A stretch of DNA of 64,000 nt from Patescibacteria group bacterium (lineage in GTDB: Bacteria > Patescibacteriota > Minisyncoccia > Phycocordibacterales > UBA9973), in the NCBI GenBank assembly GCA_040389365.1, contig JAZKAB010000003.1, forward strand, positions 7,357 to 71,356. Reading direction: 5' to 3'. The notes beneath the pieces are model-generated. The model did not search any database. It was not told the origin of the DNA and saw only the letters and a list, made by a program, of their open reading frames with translations. Numbering within the stretch: position 1 is the stretch's first letter; each line of letters starts with the position of its first letter. The translations under genes and the position numbers were made by a program. This document shows positions 19,418-28,258 of this stretch, piece by piece.

Positions 19418-19627
19418 ATGTCAGCACCAGAAGAAACAGTTAAAGGCACCGTGAAGGAAGCGCTTCCAAACACTATGTTTAGAGTGCAAATTAACGGAGG
19501 AGACCTTATTATTGCGTACCTAGCAGGAAAAATGCGGTTGCACCGCATTAAAGTGCTTATAGGCGATACTGTAGAGGTGCTGTTGGATCCATATGGTGGA
19601 AAAGGACGTATTGTCAGAAGAGGATAG
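19418..19627 (+). CDS. infA: translation initiation factor IF-1
   Basis: KGTVKEALPNTMFRVQINGGDLIIAYLAGKMRLHRIKVLIGDTVEVLLDPYGGKGRIVRR aligns along its full length to IF-1. TATAGT -10 10 nt upstream. Confidence 0.9.
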   Translation: MSAPEETVKGTVKEALPNTMFRVQINGGDLIIAYLAGKMRLHRIKVLIGDTVEVLLDPYGGKGRIVRRG

Positions 19628-19657
19628 ATAGTATATACTACTCCGGCTTGAACTTAT

Positions 19658-19768
19658 ATGAAGATAAAATCAACAGTCAAAAAAATGTGCGATAAGTGTA
19701 AGATTGTTAAACGCAATCGCCACTTGCTCGTGATTTGCGATAATCCTAAGCACAAACAGAAACAATAA
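19658..19768 (+). CDS. rpmJ: 50S ribosomal protein bL36 (36 aa)
   Basis: [36 protein letters not shown]. It is below the 60-aa ORF-track cutoff and I found it by manual translation. Its position between infA and rpsM is the conserved one. Confidence 0.85.
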   Translation: MKIKSTVKKMCDKCKIVKRNRHLLVICDNPKHKQKQ

Positions 19769-19780
19769 AGATCAGAACAT

Positions 19781-20161
19781 ATGCGTATTTTAGGTATAAA
19801 CATTCCAAATGAAAAGCGTCTTGATATCGGACTAACAATCCTGTTCGGTATCGGTCGCGCAACTGCAAACAAGGTGCTTCTTGATGCCGGCGTAACTCCA
19901 GACACTAAGCCTGAAGGACTTACTCTAGATCAGGAAAACACTATTCGAAAGAACATCGAAGACCGCACAATTGAAGGAAACCTTAAGCGTGAAATTTCAG
20001 CGAACGTAAAGCGCTTGAAAGACATTAAGGCATACCGCGGCGTACGTCATATGCGCAAATTACCAGTAAATGGCCAGCGCACCAAAACTAACTCTCGAAC
20101 TGTTCGCGGAAACATTCGAAATACTATGGGAAGTGGCCGTCGTAAAGAAAGTAAAACATAA
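19781..20161 (+). CDS. rpsM: 30S ribosomal protein uS13
   Basis: MRILGINIPNEKRLDIGLTILFGIG matches the uS13 N-terminus. Confidence 0.9.
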   Translation: MRILGINIPNEKRLDIGLTILFGIGRATANKVLLDAGVTPDTKPEGLTLDQENTIRKNIEDRTIEGNLKREISANVKRLKDIKAYRGVRHMRKLPVNGQRTKTNSRTVRGNIRNTMGSGRRKESKT

Positions 20162-20166
20162 TTAGT

Positions 20167-20601
20167 ATGGGAAAGAAACGAATTGCAACTCAAGAAGGAC
20201 AGTTGGTGGATGCTGACAAGCGCGGACGCGCTGTTGGACGTACTCCAAAGAAGAAGCTTACTACAGCTATACTAGCTATTGAGGCTACTTTTAATAATAC
20301 AAAGGCCGTGGTAAGCGACACGAAGGGAAATATCCTTTTCTGGTCTTCATCAGGATCTCTAGGATTCAAGGGCGCAAAGAAGGGAACTCCGTTTGCGGCC
20401 TCAAAGGTTGGCGAAGTGCTTGCTGAAAAGGCAGTAACAGCTGGCATCAAGGAAGTGAACGTTATGGTAAAGGGTGTTGGATCAGGCCGCGAACCGTTGA
20501 TTCGAGCATTCGTTGCCCCAGGTATCGAGCTATTATCAATCAAGGACAAGACTCCGGTACCGCACAACGGTCCGAAGGCGAAGAAGCCTCGAAGAGTTTA
20601 A
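20167..20601 (+). CDS. rpsK: 30S ribosomal protein uS11
   Basis: Conserved uS11 core (AILAIEATFNNTKAVVSD...GSLGFKGAKKGTPFAA). Confidence 0.9.
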   Translation: MGKKRIATQEGQLVDADKRGRAVGRTPKKKLTTAILAIEATFNNTKAVVSDTKGNILFWSSSGSLGFKGAKKGTPFAASKVGEVLAEKAVTAGIKEVNVMVKGVGSGREPLIRAFVAPGIELLSIKDKTPVPHNGPKAKKPRRV

Positions 20602-20613
20602 ACGTAAAAATAT

Positions 20614-21222
20614 ATGATTTTAGGAGCAAAATACAAAATGTGTCGCCGTCTAGGGGCTGGAGTGTTTGAGAAATGTCAGACACCGAAGTACCTATTGTCT
20701 GAGGCTAAGAAGTCTAAGGCTGTTAAGGGCAAGCGCCCTAAGGCACTTTCAGGATACGGCACCCAGCTTATTGAAAAGCAGAAGGTTCGGTTCTCATACG
20801 GCATTAGCGAAAAGCAGCTGTCTAACTACGTGATCCAGGCCAACCAGGTTAAGGGCATGCCCGTTACTGACAAGCTTTTCGAGCAGCTAGAAAACCGTCT
20901 TGATAACGTAGTATATCGCTTGGGCTTTGCGCACACTCGTCGCTTTGCTCGCCAGCTCGTTTCTCATGGCCACTTTACTGTTAATGGAAAGAAGACTACT
21001 ATCCCGTCTCAGACCGTGCACATCGGCGACATCGTTGCGGTGCGCGAAGGATCTCGCAAGAGTCCAATATTTGCTGATTTTACAGCAAAGGTGAAGAACT
21101 ACATTTGGCCAAAATGGCTGAAGTTTACCCCGGAATCACTTCAAGCTGAAGTGGTGTCAAAGCCAAAGAATGAAGAAGCATTTCTTCAGTTGGATACTGT
21201 TCTTGAGTTCTACAGTCGTTAA
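20614..21222 (+). CDS. rpsD: 30S ribosomal protein uS4
   Basis: KMCRRLG N-terminus, the LSGYGTQLIEKQKVRFSYG block, and an S4 RNA-binding domain. Confidence 0.85.
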   Translation: MILGAKYKMCRRLGAGVFEKCQTPKYLLSEAKKSKAVKGKRPKALSGYGTQLIEKQKVRFSYGISEKQLSNYVIQANQVKGMPVTDKLFEQLENRLDNVVYRLGFAHTRRFARQLVSHGHFTVNGKKTTIPSQTVHIGDIVAVREGSRKSPIFADFTAKVKNYIWPKWLKFTPESLQAEVVSKPKNEEAFLQLDTVLEFYSR

Positions 21223-21273
21223 TAGAACACAAAGTTGCACTAATTACAAAATAATGGTACTATATTTCACTAT

Positions 21274-22278
21274 ATGAGCGAGCAAAAAATCATTCTTCCA
21301 TCAAAACCAAAAGCAGTACTAGAAGAGGGCAACAAGGGTGTCTTCGAAATTGACGGTCTAGTGCCTGGCTACGGCTACACACTGGGCAACTCACTACGAC
21401 GCATCATTCTTTCTTCTCTTCCGGGAGCTGCTATTACAGCGGTGAAGATTGACGGCGTATCGCATGAATTTTCTACTATTGAAGGCGTTAAGGAGGATGT
21501 TATTACTCTTTTGCTTAACCTAAAGAATGTTCGCTTCCAGCTTATCGGCGACGAGCCAGTCAAGGTGTCATTTTCTGTAAAGGGACCTAAGATCGTTACT
21601 GCAGCTGATATCAACGCCAAGGGCGCGGTATCTATTTCTAATACTGACCAGTACATTTGCGAAATCACTGGCAAGGCTGCTATCAATGTTGAGCTAACAA
21701 TCGAGCGCGGCCTCGGCTTCGTGCCTCGCGATGCTCATCACAAGCAGAAGGCTGATATCGGTACAATTTTCCTAGATGCAATTTTCTCTCCAATTCGTCG
21801 CGTGAGCTATGACGTAGAGGAAATGCGCGTAGGTGACAAGACTAACTTCAACCGTCTTCGTCTTACAATTGAAACTGATGGTACGCTTTCACCTCGTACA
21901 GCACTTGAAACATCAGTGAATACAATGATCGAGCAGCTTGCAGCTATTGTCTCTGTAGACAGTGGCAAGATCATTGCTGACATACAAGCTCAGACTGCAG
22001 CAAAGGCTCCTGCTATTGAATCAGGAGATTCAGAAGAAGAGACAGCCTCAAGTGATGAAGAATCAGTTGACGTTACTGACGTTCTAAAGAACCGAATTGA
22101 CGGCATTGGCCTTTCAACTCGCACGCTTAATGCGCTTTCAGCGGCTAATATCCGCACTGTTGGTGGCATCGCGCGCAAGCGCGTTGACGACCTTCTAGAA
22201 ATCGATGGCATTGGCGACAAGGGCATTACAGAAATCAAGGAGGCACTCGCTCAGTTTAACTTGTCTTTGAAGGACTAA
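21274..22278 (+). CDS. rpoA: DNA-directed RNA polymerase alpha subunit
   Basis: Alpha-NTD motifs ([23 protein letters not shown]) and an alpha-CTD helix-hairpin-helix ([14 protein letters not shown]). Confidence 0.9.
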   Translation: [334 protein letters not shown]

Positions 22279-22313
22279 TACGGTATAAAGAATACTCGAA
22301 CTAAGAAACTATT

Positions 22314-22667
22314 ATGAGACACCACAACGCTAACAGAAAATTTGGCCGATCAAAGAATCAGCGCAACGCACTTATCAAGGGATTGGAGGCATCTTTGGTG
22401 CAGCACGGTCGCATCATGACGACTGAGGCTAAGGCAAAGGAACTTCGCCCTCATATTGAAAAGCTTGTTACTAAGGCTAAGAACCCAACATTGGCAAACC
22501 GCCGCTTGCTGCTTTCAGGCTTTTATAACAATGAGGCAGTTGTATCTACATTGATCGACAGCATCGCTCCTCGCTTTGCAGATCGCAATGGCGGATACAC
22601 TCGCATCATCAAGCTTGCAGCCCGCAAGGGAGACGCCGCAGCGATGGCAGTAATTGAATTCGTTTAA
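22314..22667 (+). CDS. rplQ: 50S ribosomal protein bL17
   Basis: N-terminal MRHHNANRKFGRS and the bL17 core. Confidence 0.85.
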   Translation: MRHHNANRKFGRSKNQRNALIKGLEASLVQHGRIMTTEAKAKELRPHIEKLVTKAKNPTLANRRLLLSGFYNNEAVVSTLIDSIAPRFADRNGGYTRIIKLAARKGDAAAMAVIEFV

Positions 22668-22671
22668 TCAT

Positions 22672-23016
22672 ATGAACTACACTATTGACGCAACAGAAAA
22701 AACACTAGGACGCCTTGCTTCAGAAGCAGCAGCGCTTCTAATTGGAAAGAACAAGACTGACTTCGCCCGCAACGTGCTTTCAGGCAACACCGTGACTGTG
22801 GTTAACGCAGGCAAGCTTAAGGTTTCTGAAAAGAAGCTGAAGGAAAAGTTCTACACTCGCTACTCTGGCTATCCAGGCGGCTTGAAGGAGCTAAGCATGG
22901 CACATGTGGTTGAGAAGAAGGGATACAGCGAAGCGGTAACTATCGCTATCAAAGGCATGCTTCCAGACAACAAGCTTAAGAAAGGCATGATGAAGGCCCT
23001 TACAGTAACTGAATAA
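22672..23016 (+). CDS. rplM: 50S ribosomal protein uL13
   Basis: IDATEKTLGRLASEAAALL matches the uL13 N-terminus. ATG at 22672 directly after the rplQ stop; the track's TTG at 22654 would overlap rplQ. Confidence 0.8.
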   Translation: MNYTIDATEKTLGRLASEAAALLIGKNKTDFARNVLSGNTVTVVNAGKLKVSEKKLKEKFYTRYSGYPGGLKELSMAHVVEKKGYSEAVTIAIKGMLPDNKLKKGMMKALTVTE

Positions 23017-23020
23017 TATT

Positions 23021-23422
23021 ATGGCAACAACAACTAAGAAAACATACGTAGAGGCAATCGGACGACGCAAGACAGCAACAGCTCGCGTTCGCGTTACAGA
23101 AGCGGCTAAGGCCAGCTATGTAATTAACGACAAGGATCTTGCAACATATTTCCCAACGACTGAGCTGCAGAAGATCGTTACCGACCCATTCAAGATCACT
23201 GACAAGGCATACGCCGTATCAGTGCACGTGAAGGGAAGTGGTATTCACTCTCAGGCAGAAGCAGTTCGCCACGGTATCTCTCGCGTACTTGTGAAAGAAG
23301 ATGAATCTGACAAGACAACCCTCAAGCAGGAAGGTTTCTTGAAGCGTGATCCTCGCTCAAAAGAACGACGAAAATTCGGTCTCAAGAAGGCTCGCAAGGC
23401 CCCACAGTGGTCAAAGCGATAA
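23021..23422 (+). CDS. rpsI: 30S ribosomal protein uS9
   Basis: EAIGRRKTATARVRV start and C-terminal KKARKAPQWSKR. Confidence 0.9.
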   Translation: MATTTKKTYVEAIGRRKTATARVRVTEAAKASYVINDKDLATYFPTTELQKIVTDPFKITDKAYAVSVHVKGSGIHSQAEAVRHGISRVLVKEDESDKTTLKQEGFLKRDPRSKERRKFGLKKARKAPQWSKR

Positions 23423-23431
23423 AGACAAACA

Positions 23432-23458
23432 GCATCCCGAAAGGGATGTTTTTGTTTT
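23432..23458 (+). terminator. rho-independent terminator CATCCC-GAAA-GGGATG + T-run
   Basis: Hairpin plus TTTTTGTTTT after rpsI. Confidence 0.65.
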
Positions 23459-23490
23459 ATGGAGAGGTATAGTAGAATCGTTGTAAAATT

Positions 23491-23688
23491 ATGGAAAAGA
23501 TCAGAGACCCCTACGCAAGGAACCAGGGGCCGCTTGTCCGCATACTCTATGCCTGTACCGAAGAGGAGTGCAGCGCTATCAAGATACGATACCAGCCACT
23601 TTCTGGCGAAAGGAATAAGGACTTTCGGCAATATTGCCCTGAATGCAGGATGATAACGCAGCACGTACAGCATATTCAGCTTCATTAG
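23491..23688 (+). CDS. small zinc-ribbon protein, possibly a divergent ribosomal protein bL33
   Basis: Cys pairs ACTEEEC...YCPECRMITQH resemble zinc-binding bL33 (ACTECG...KKYCPRCxxHTxHxE). An alternative overlapping frame (23459..23653) codes a basic peptide, so coding-frame certainty is low. Confidence 0.3.
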   Translation: MEKIRDPYARNQGPLVRILYACTEEECSAIKIRYQPLSGERNKDFRQYCPECRMITQHVQHIQLH

Positions 23689-23719
23689 TACTGGAGCTTT
23701 TTATATTGACTTTTTTATA

Positions 23720-23747
23720 TTGACACCACGCTTTTATGCTGTAGAGT
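23720..23747 (+). promoter_or_regulatory. promoter TTGACA-16-TAGAGT, with the -35 inside a 13-nt tandem repeat
   Basis: TTTTTATATTGAC occurs twice in tandem at 23698..23724. The second copy supplies TTGACA. Confidence 0.35.
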
Positions 23748-23785
23748 TATGAAAACAATCTCTTTTACACTAAACCCTCAGTATC

Positions 23786-24460
23786 ATGAAAAAGACACTC
23801 ATTGCAGGACTTGTAACCCTGTTCGTATTTTGGGCACATGTATATATGCTCAATACCTTTAATCCAAAAATTGCTTCTGCAACGGCAAGCTTTAACGGCC
23901 TCGGAATGTTTGAACTCACACATGAAAAATCAGTAATCATGTTTGATAACGTGCACCCGCTGCCTTTTATCGGAGAGTGGCAAAAGTATCAAAGTGTTAG
24001 CTTTGTCTCAACGAGCAGCAATATCGCATTCAATATGGGTGACACTATTAGAAATGATGATGCCACGATGTATGCATTTTGCCTTGCGTTCCTGTTCAGT
24101 ATTCTATTAGCCGCAGGGATCCTCCTATCCTGGTTTTTATCTAAAGGCAAGATAATAAGCAAGCAGTGCGACAGCAGGGATTTTGCACATCTTTATTATG
24201 TCGAGCTTGAGCTTGAAGCAGTGCTAAAAAGAAATCCTCTTTTGCGTGCCGAGCTTGCCTGGTTGCCTCTCTTGCTGGGCTTCATGTTTGTTCAGCCATG
24301 GATTTATGGAAACCAAAACTTTTGGCGTTCGTATGTAAGCTGGATATACATTTCAGGCATTATTGTCTACGGCATCCGAAGCCTGTTTCTGCATGCTTTG
24401 GTTAAAACCATTCAGAACTCGCGTGATCAGCACTCTGCTGATACTAAAGCCCTTTCCTAA
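23786..24460 (+). CDS. hypothetical polytopic membrane protein, 224 aa
   Basis: 4-5 predicted TM helices. AT-rich codon usage. Confidence 0.45.
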   Translation: MKKTLIAGLVTLFVFWAHVYMLNTFNPKIASATASFNGLGMFELTHEKSVIMFDNVHPLPFIGEWQKYQSVSFVSTSSNIAFNMGDTIRNDDATMYAFCLAFLFSILLAAGILLSWFLSKGKIISKQCDSRDFAHLYYVELELEAVLKRNPLLRAELAWLPLLLGFMFVQPWIYGNQNFWRSYVSWIYISGIIVYGIRSLFLHALVKTIQNSRDQHSADTKALS

Positions 24461-24475
24461 TAGGGGCTTTTTTTA
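24447..24475 (+). terminator. rho-independent terminator AAGCCCTTT..AGGGGCTTTTTTT
   Basis: Hairpin overlapping the stop codon, followed by a T-run. Confidence 0.6.
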
Positions 24476-24502
24476 TGCCTGATTTTTTGTATAATCAATG
24501 AT

Positions 24503-25123
24503 ATGAAGGATAACGAATACGACGCAGTTGTGCAGTCAGACGAAATTGAGGCGCCCAAGGTTGGCACCGGAGCAGACTTGTCCGGAGACCATGACATGGT
24601 ATTTGAAGCAAGTGACGAAGAGGGGGCTGCGCTTGGCAGCGCCAAGAAAGCTAATGACCTGAAAGAGAAGATCAAGGAACTGCAAAAAGAGAAGCAGGAA
24701 TATCTTGATGGCTGGCAGCGTTCTCGCGCAGACTATGCAAACTTGCAGAAGACAACTGATGACGATCGCAAGCGCATGCGCGCACTGATCGAAGAAAACT
24801 TTATCGAAGACCTCCTGCCAACTATTGATAGCTTTTCAATGGCAATGAGCAACAAGGAAGCGTGGGAAAAGGTTGATGCGAACTGGCGCACCGGCGTTGA
24901 GTATATCTATCAGCAGCTGATGAATACGCTCAAGGAAAGAAACTTCAGCGTCTTTGGAGCTGCAGGGGAAACGTTTGATCCAACGTTGCATGAAGCGGTA
25001 TCTGAAGTTGCGACTGAGGATGCAGCGCTTGAGCATAAAATTGCAGGCGTATTGCAGCAAGGGTACAAGATTGGAGACAATATCTTGCGGGCAGCGCGAG
25101 TGTCGGTGTATACGGTAAGATAA
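24503..25123 (+). CDS. grpE: nucleotide exchange factor GrpE
   Basis: Coiled-coil N-terminus, conserved YLRLRADFDN-like block (QRSRADYANLQKT) and a C-terminal beta domain. Confidence 0.8.
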   Translation: MKDNEYDAVVQSDEIEAPKVGTGADLSGDHDMVFEASDEEGAALGSAKKANDLKEKIKELQKEKQEYLDGWQRSRADYANLQKTTDDDRKRMRALIEENFIEDLLPTIDSFSMAMSNKEAWEKVDANWRTGVEYIYQQLMNTLKERNFSVFGAAGETFDPTLHEAVSEVATEDAALEHKIAGVLQQGYKIGDNILRAARVSVYTVR

Positions 25124-25645
25124 TTATTTTATTAGCTGCGCAAACGCTTCTTCCGTCGCTTCGTCCAGCGTGTCAGTTACAAAGATCATGATCTCGGTCG
25201 AAAGGCCGAGGTCTTTCTTTATATTCATAAACAAATGCTCGAGCGGGTAGGGGGAAATCCAGACCGAGTTTTTTAATAGTATAAAGCCGGCTTTCTTAAG
25301 CAAGTATCGCAATCCGTCGCGCTCAGCCTTTCGGTCTTCAGGCAGGTCGAGCAGGATCACGCGCCACTTGCCATCCCAATTGATATCAAGCACTCCAGTA
25401 TCGGTATCAAGCTTCAGGCTATGCGCTTTGCGCTTGCCTTCGCGCGTAAGGCGCGTATAGGCTTGCTGGCCTGAATGGTGCGTTTCGACTAATCCAGCCT
25501 CTTCTAGGCCCTTCAGAGAGCGCGTAAGGGCATATTTGCCGTCCCCCAGAGAGGTAATGGTTTCAGTCAGTTCAGCAATAGAAACAGCAGGTTTTGCGGT
25601 CAAAAAGGCCAGTATTTTCTTTGAATAGTTCTTTTTGCTTTCCAT
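25124..25645 (-). CDS. PaaX-like winged-helix transcriptional regulator, 173 aa
   Basis: N-terminal wHTH (ILAFLTAKPAVSIAELTE). The C-terminus WDGKWRVILLDLPEDRKAERDGLRYLLKKAGFILLKNSVWISP matches the PaaX C-terminal domain signature. Convergent with grpE, divergent from dnaK. Confidence 0.55.
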   Translation of the reverse strand: MESKKNYSKKILAFLTAKPAVSIAELTETITSLGDGKYALTRSLKGLEEAGLVETHHSGQQAYTRLTREGKRKAHSLKLDTDTGVLDINWDGKWRVILLDLPEDRKAERDGLRYLLKKAGFILLKNSVWISPYPLEHLFMNIKKDLGLSTEIMIFVTDTLDEATEEAFAQLIK

Positions 25646-25683
25646 GCTTGCATACTAGCAAAGAATTGCTATACTATCAACAT

Positions 25684-25717
25684 GTATTTCGCGACCACGA
25701 AATTTATGTAGAAATAC
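25684..25717. promoter_or_regulatory. candidate operator: nested inverted repeats GTATTTCG-CGACCA-CGAAAT..GAAATAC
   Basis: Imperfect palindrome in the divergent regulator/dnaK intergenic region. It is neither CIRCE nor HAIR consensus. Confidence 0.35.
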
Positions 25718-25771
25718 TAAATTACTTGATTATTGGAATTGGAAATTATTAATTAGTTTTTTAAAGAGAAT

Positions 25772-27664
25772 ATGGCAAAAATAATTGGAATTGACCTTGG
25801 AACAACGAACTCAGCTGTCGCAATCATTGAAGGCGGACAGCCAAAAATTATAGAAAATATTGAAGGAGCGCGCACGACGCCTTCTATTGTTGCGCTTGGC
25901 AAGAATGGCGACATTCTGGTTGGCCTTTTGGCAAAGCGCCAGGCGGTGACAAATCCGCAGAACACTATCTACGGCATCAAGCGCTTTATGGGTCATCGTT
26001 ATGACGATCCTGCAATGGAGAAGGTAATTAAGACCTCTCCGTTTAAGGTATCAAAAGGCACTGATGGCGGCGTATTGGTAAATCTTGGCGGCAAGGACTA
26101 TCGTCCGGAAGAGGTGTCAGCAATGATCTTGCAGAAGATCAAGTCAGACGTGGAAGCGAAGCTTGGCGAGAAAATCACCGAAGCAATCATTACCGTGCCT
26201 GCATACTTTAACGATGCGCAGCGCAAGGCAACGAAGGATGCTGGTGCGATCGCTGGACTGGATGTGAAGCGCATCATTAACGAGCCAACTTCAGCTGCAT
26301 TGGCATATGGGCTGAATACGAAGAAAGACGAAAAGATCGTAATCTTTGACCTTGGAGGCGGTACGTTCGACGTGTCAGTGCTCGAAGTATCTAACGACGT
26401 GATCGAGGTGAAGTCTACAGACGGCGACTCGATGATGGGCGGTCGCGATATTGATCTTAAGATCATGAACTGGATCGCAGGCGAATTCAAGAAGCAGTCG
26501 GGCATTGACGTTATGGGTGATCCGCTTGCATTGCAGCGTCTTGATGAGGCAGCGGAAAAGGCAAAGATTGAGCTTTCAACAACGCTTGAAACAGAAATCA
26601 ATATCCCGTTCATCACCTCAACTGATGCAGGCCCACAGCACTTGCTGCTGAAGATTAGCCGCGCGCAGCTTGAAGAGCTAGCCAGCGAATTCGTTACCGC
26701 TTCTATTGATATTACCAAGCGCGCCCTTGATGCCTCAGGCTTCAAGATGGCTGACATCAACGAGGTTATTCTTGTTGGAGGCCAGACTCGCATGCCGAAG
26801 ATTATCGAAGAGGTGAAGAAGCTGTTCGGCAAGGAGCCAAACCTTTCTATCAATCCTGATGAAGTGGTGGCGCTTGGCGCAGCCGTACAGGCTGGCGTCT
26901 TGCAGGGCGACGTGAAAGACGTGCTCTTGCTCGATGTTATCCCGCTATCGCTTGGTATCGAGACTATGGGCGGCGTTGCAACGAAGCTCGTAGAGCGCAA
27001 CACGACAATCCCGTCATCAAAGTCGCAAGTATTCTCAACAGCGTCTGACAACCAGACCTCAGTCGATATTCATATCGTGCAGGGCGAGCGCCCTATGGTG
27101 GCTGACAACAAGTCGCTTGGGCACTTTAATCTTGATGGCATCCCGCCAGCACCGCGAGGCATGCCGCAGATCGAAGTTACCTTTGACGTTGATGCCAACG
27201 GTATCCTGAACGTGAAGGCTAAGGACAAGGCAAGCGGCAAGGAGCAGTCTATTCGTATCGAAGCGTCATCAGGCCTAACGCCAGAAGATATCGAGCGCAT
27301 GAAGAAGGATGCAGAACTGCACGCAAAGGAAGACGAGGAGAAGAAAGCTGTCGCAGATATCAAGAATACTGCCGACATGACTATCTTCACCGCAGAAAAG
27401 TCTCTTCAGGATCACAAGGATGCATTGCCTGAAGAGTTGAAGACTTCAGTTACTGCAAAGATTGCAGAGCTTCGCACTGCCAAGGATGGCACTGACAAGG
27501 CAGCAATCGAGGCAAAGATCCATGAGCTTTCAGCAGAAATGCAGAAGATCGGAGAGCACATGAACAAGGCCAATGCAGAAGCCCAGCCATCCGAAGGAGC
27601 AGTTCCTGAAGGGGAAGTGAAGGATGCTGCTGCGGAGGAAACTCCGGAACAACCGGCTCAATAA
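25772..27664 (+). CDS. dnaK: molecular chaperone DnaK (Hsp70)
   Basis: [18 protein letters not shown], and C-terminal EEVD-less acidic tail. Full length, 630 aa. Confidence 0.95.
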   Translation: MAKIIGIDLGTTNSAVAIIEGGQPKIIENIEGARTTPSIVALGKNGDILVGLLAKRQAVTNPQNTIYGIKRFMGHRYDDPAMEKVIKTSPFKVSKGTDGGVLVNLGGKDYRPEEVSAMILQKIKSDVEAKLGEKITEAIITVPAYFNDAQRKATKDAGAIAGLDVKRIINEPTSAALAYGLNTKKDEKIVIFDLGGGTFDVSVLEVSNDVIEVKSTDGDSMMGGRDIDLKIMNWIAGEFKKQSGIDVMGDPLALQRLDEAAEKAKIELSTTLETEINIPFITSTDAGPQHLLLKISRAQLEELASEFVTASIDITKRALDASGFKMADINEVILVGGQTRMPKIIEEVKKLFGKEPNLSINPDEVVALGAAVQAGVLQGDVKDVLLLDVIPLSLGIETMGGVATKLVERNTTIPSSKSQVFSTASDNQTSVDIHIVQGERPMVADNKSLGHFNLDGIPPAPRGMPQIEVTFDVDANGILNVKAKDKASGKEQSIRIEASSGLTPEDIERMKKDAELHAKEDEEKKAVADIKNTADMTIFTAEKSLQDHKDALPEELKTSVTAKIAELRTAKDGTDKAAIEAKIHELSAEMQKIGEHMNKANAEAQPSEGAVPEGEVKDAAAEETPEQPAQ

Positions 27665-27678
27665 GAGTATGAGAACAA

Positions 27679-27706
27679 AAACACCCTAGTAATAGGGTGT
27701 TTTTGT
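27679..27706 (+). terminator. rho-independent terminator ACACCCTA..TAGGGTGTTTTTG
   Basis: Hairpin plus T-run after dnaK. Confidence 0.65.
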
Positions 27707-27765
27707 ATTTGTTGACGCAATAGTGCATTAATGGTAATTTAATAAAAATTAAATCTTTAAATACT

Positions 27766-28053
27766 ATGATGTACCTGCTGTATATGCCATTTATTGGCGT
27801 AATTTTTCTTCTCAAAACTATCTATCGGTTGATCTACTTGCTGCTATGGATAGTATGGAATTTTAAATTTCCTAAAAAGTTTTATTTTAGCCTTCACGAT
27901 GAAGACGATGAGTATAAGTCGTATTACATAGTGCATTCTATTTGGGAAGCACTCAGCACGGTATTTATTGATTCAGATTCCTGGGGAGACGTATGTAACG
28001 AAACAGTGCGACAGCCAGAAGCATGCGATGCCGAGATCGGATTTATGTTCTAA
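27766..28053 (+). CDS. small hypothetical membrane protein, 95 aa
   Basis: AT-rich ORF with one or two hydrophobic helices, between dnaK and dnaJ. Confidence 0.3.
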   Translation: MMYLLYMPFIGVIFLLKTIYRLIYLLLWIVWNFKFPKKFYFSLHDEDDEYKSYYIVHSIWEALSTVFIDSDSWGDVCNETVRQPEACDAEIGFMF

Positions 28054-28065
28054 ATAATTGCAAAC

Positions 28066-28100
28066 TATAAGCCCCTTATATATTATAAGGGGCTTTTTTA
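28066..28100 (+). terminator. rho-independent terminator TATAAGCCCCTTATA..TATAAGGGGCTTTTTTAT
   Basis: Long perfect hairpin plus T-run. Confidence 0.65.
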
Positions 28101-28130
28101 TTTCCCATACTGTGCTATAGTATGCAGACT

Positions 28131-28208
28131 ATGAACAAGAAACGAAAAATTGCTGCAAAAAAGAAGCGCAAGGCAGACGGAAAAACAGTGTCTCTCCGAC
28201 ACCGATAA
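28131..28208 (+). CDS. candidate 25-aa lysine-rich s[28 protein letters not shown]
   Basis: TATAGT -10 9 nt upstream of the ATG. Bracketed by two strong terminators. Highly basic. Confidence 0.25.
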   Translation: MNKKRKIAAKKKRKADGKTVSLRHR

Positions 28209-28212
28209 TACT

Positions 28213-28242
28213 AAAAGCCCCTCTTTATAGAGGGGCTTTTAT
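28213..28242 (+). terminator. rho-independent terminator AAAAGCCCCTCT..AGAGGGGCTTTT
   Basis: Perfect hairpin plus T-run just before dnaJ. Confidence 0.6.
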
Positions 28243-28258
28243 ATGCTATTATGGCCTT

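Noticed and set aside
26098-27051. 317-aa minus-strand ORF, Ser-rich low-complexity
   Set aside because: Antisense to dnaK, whose identity is unambiguous. The Ser/Thr/Ala-rich translation is the typical shadow of a GC-rich conserved gene.
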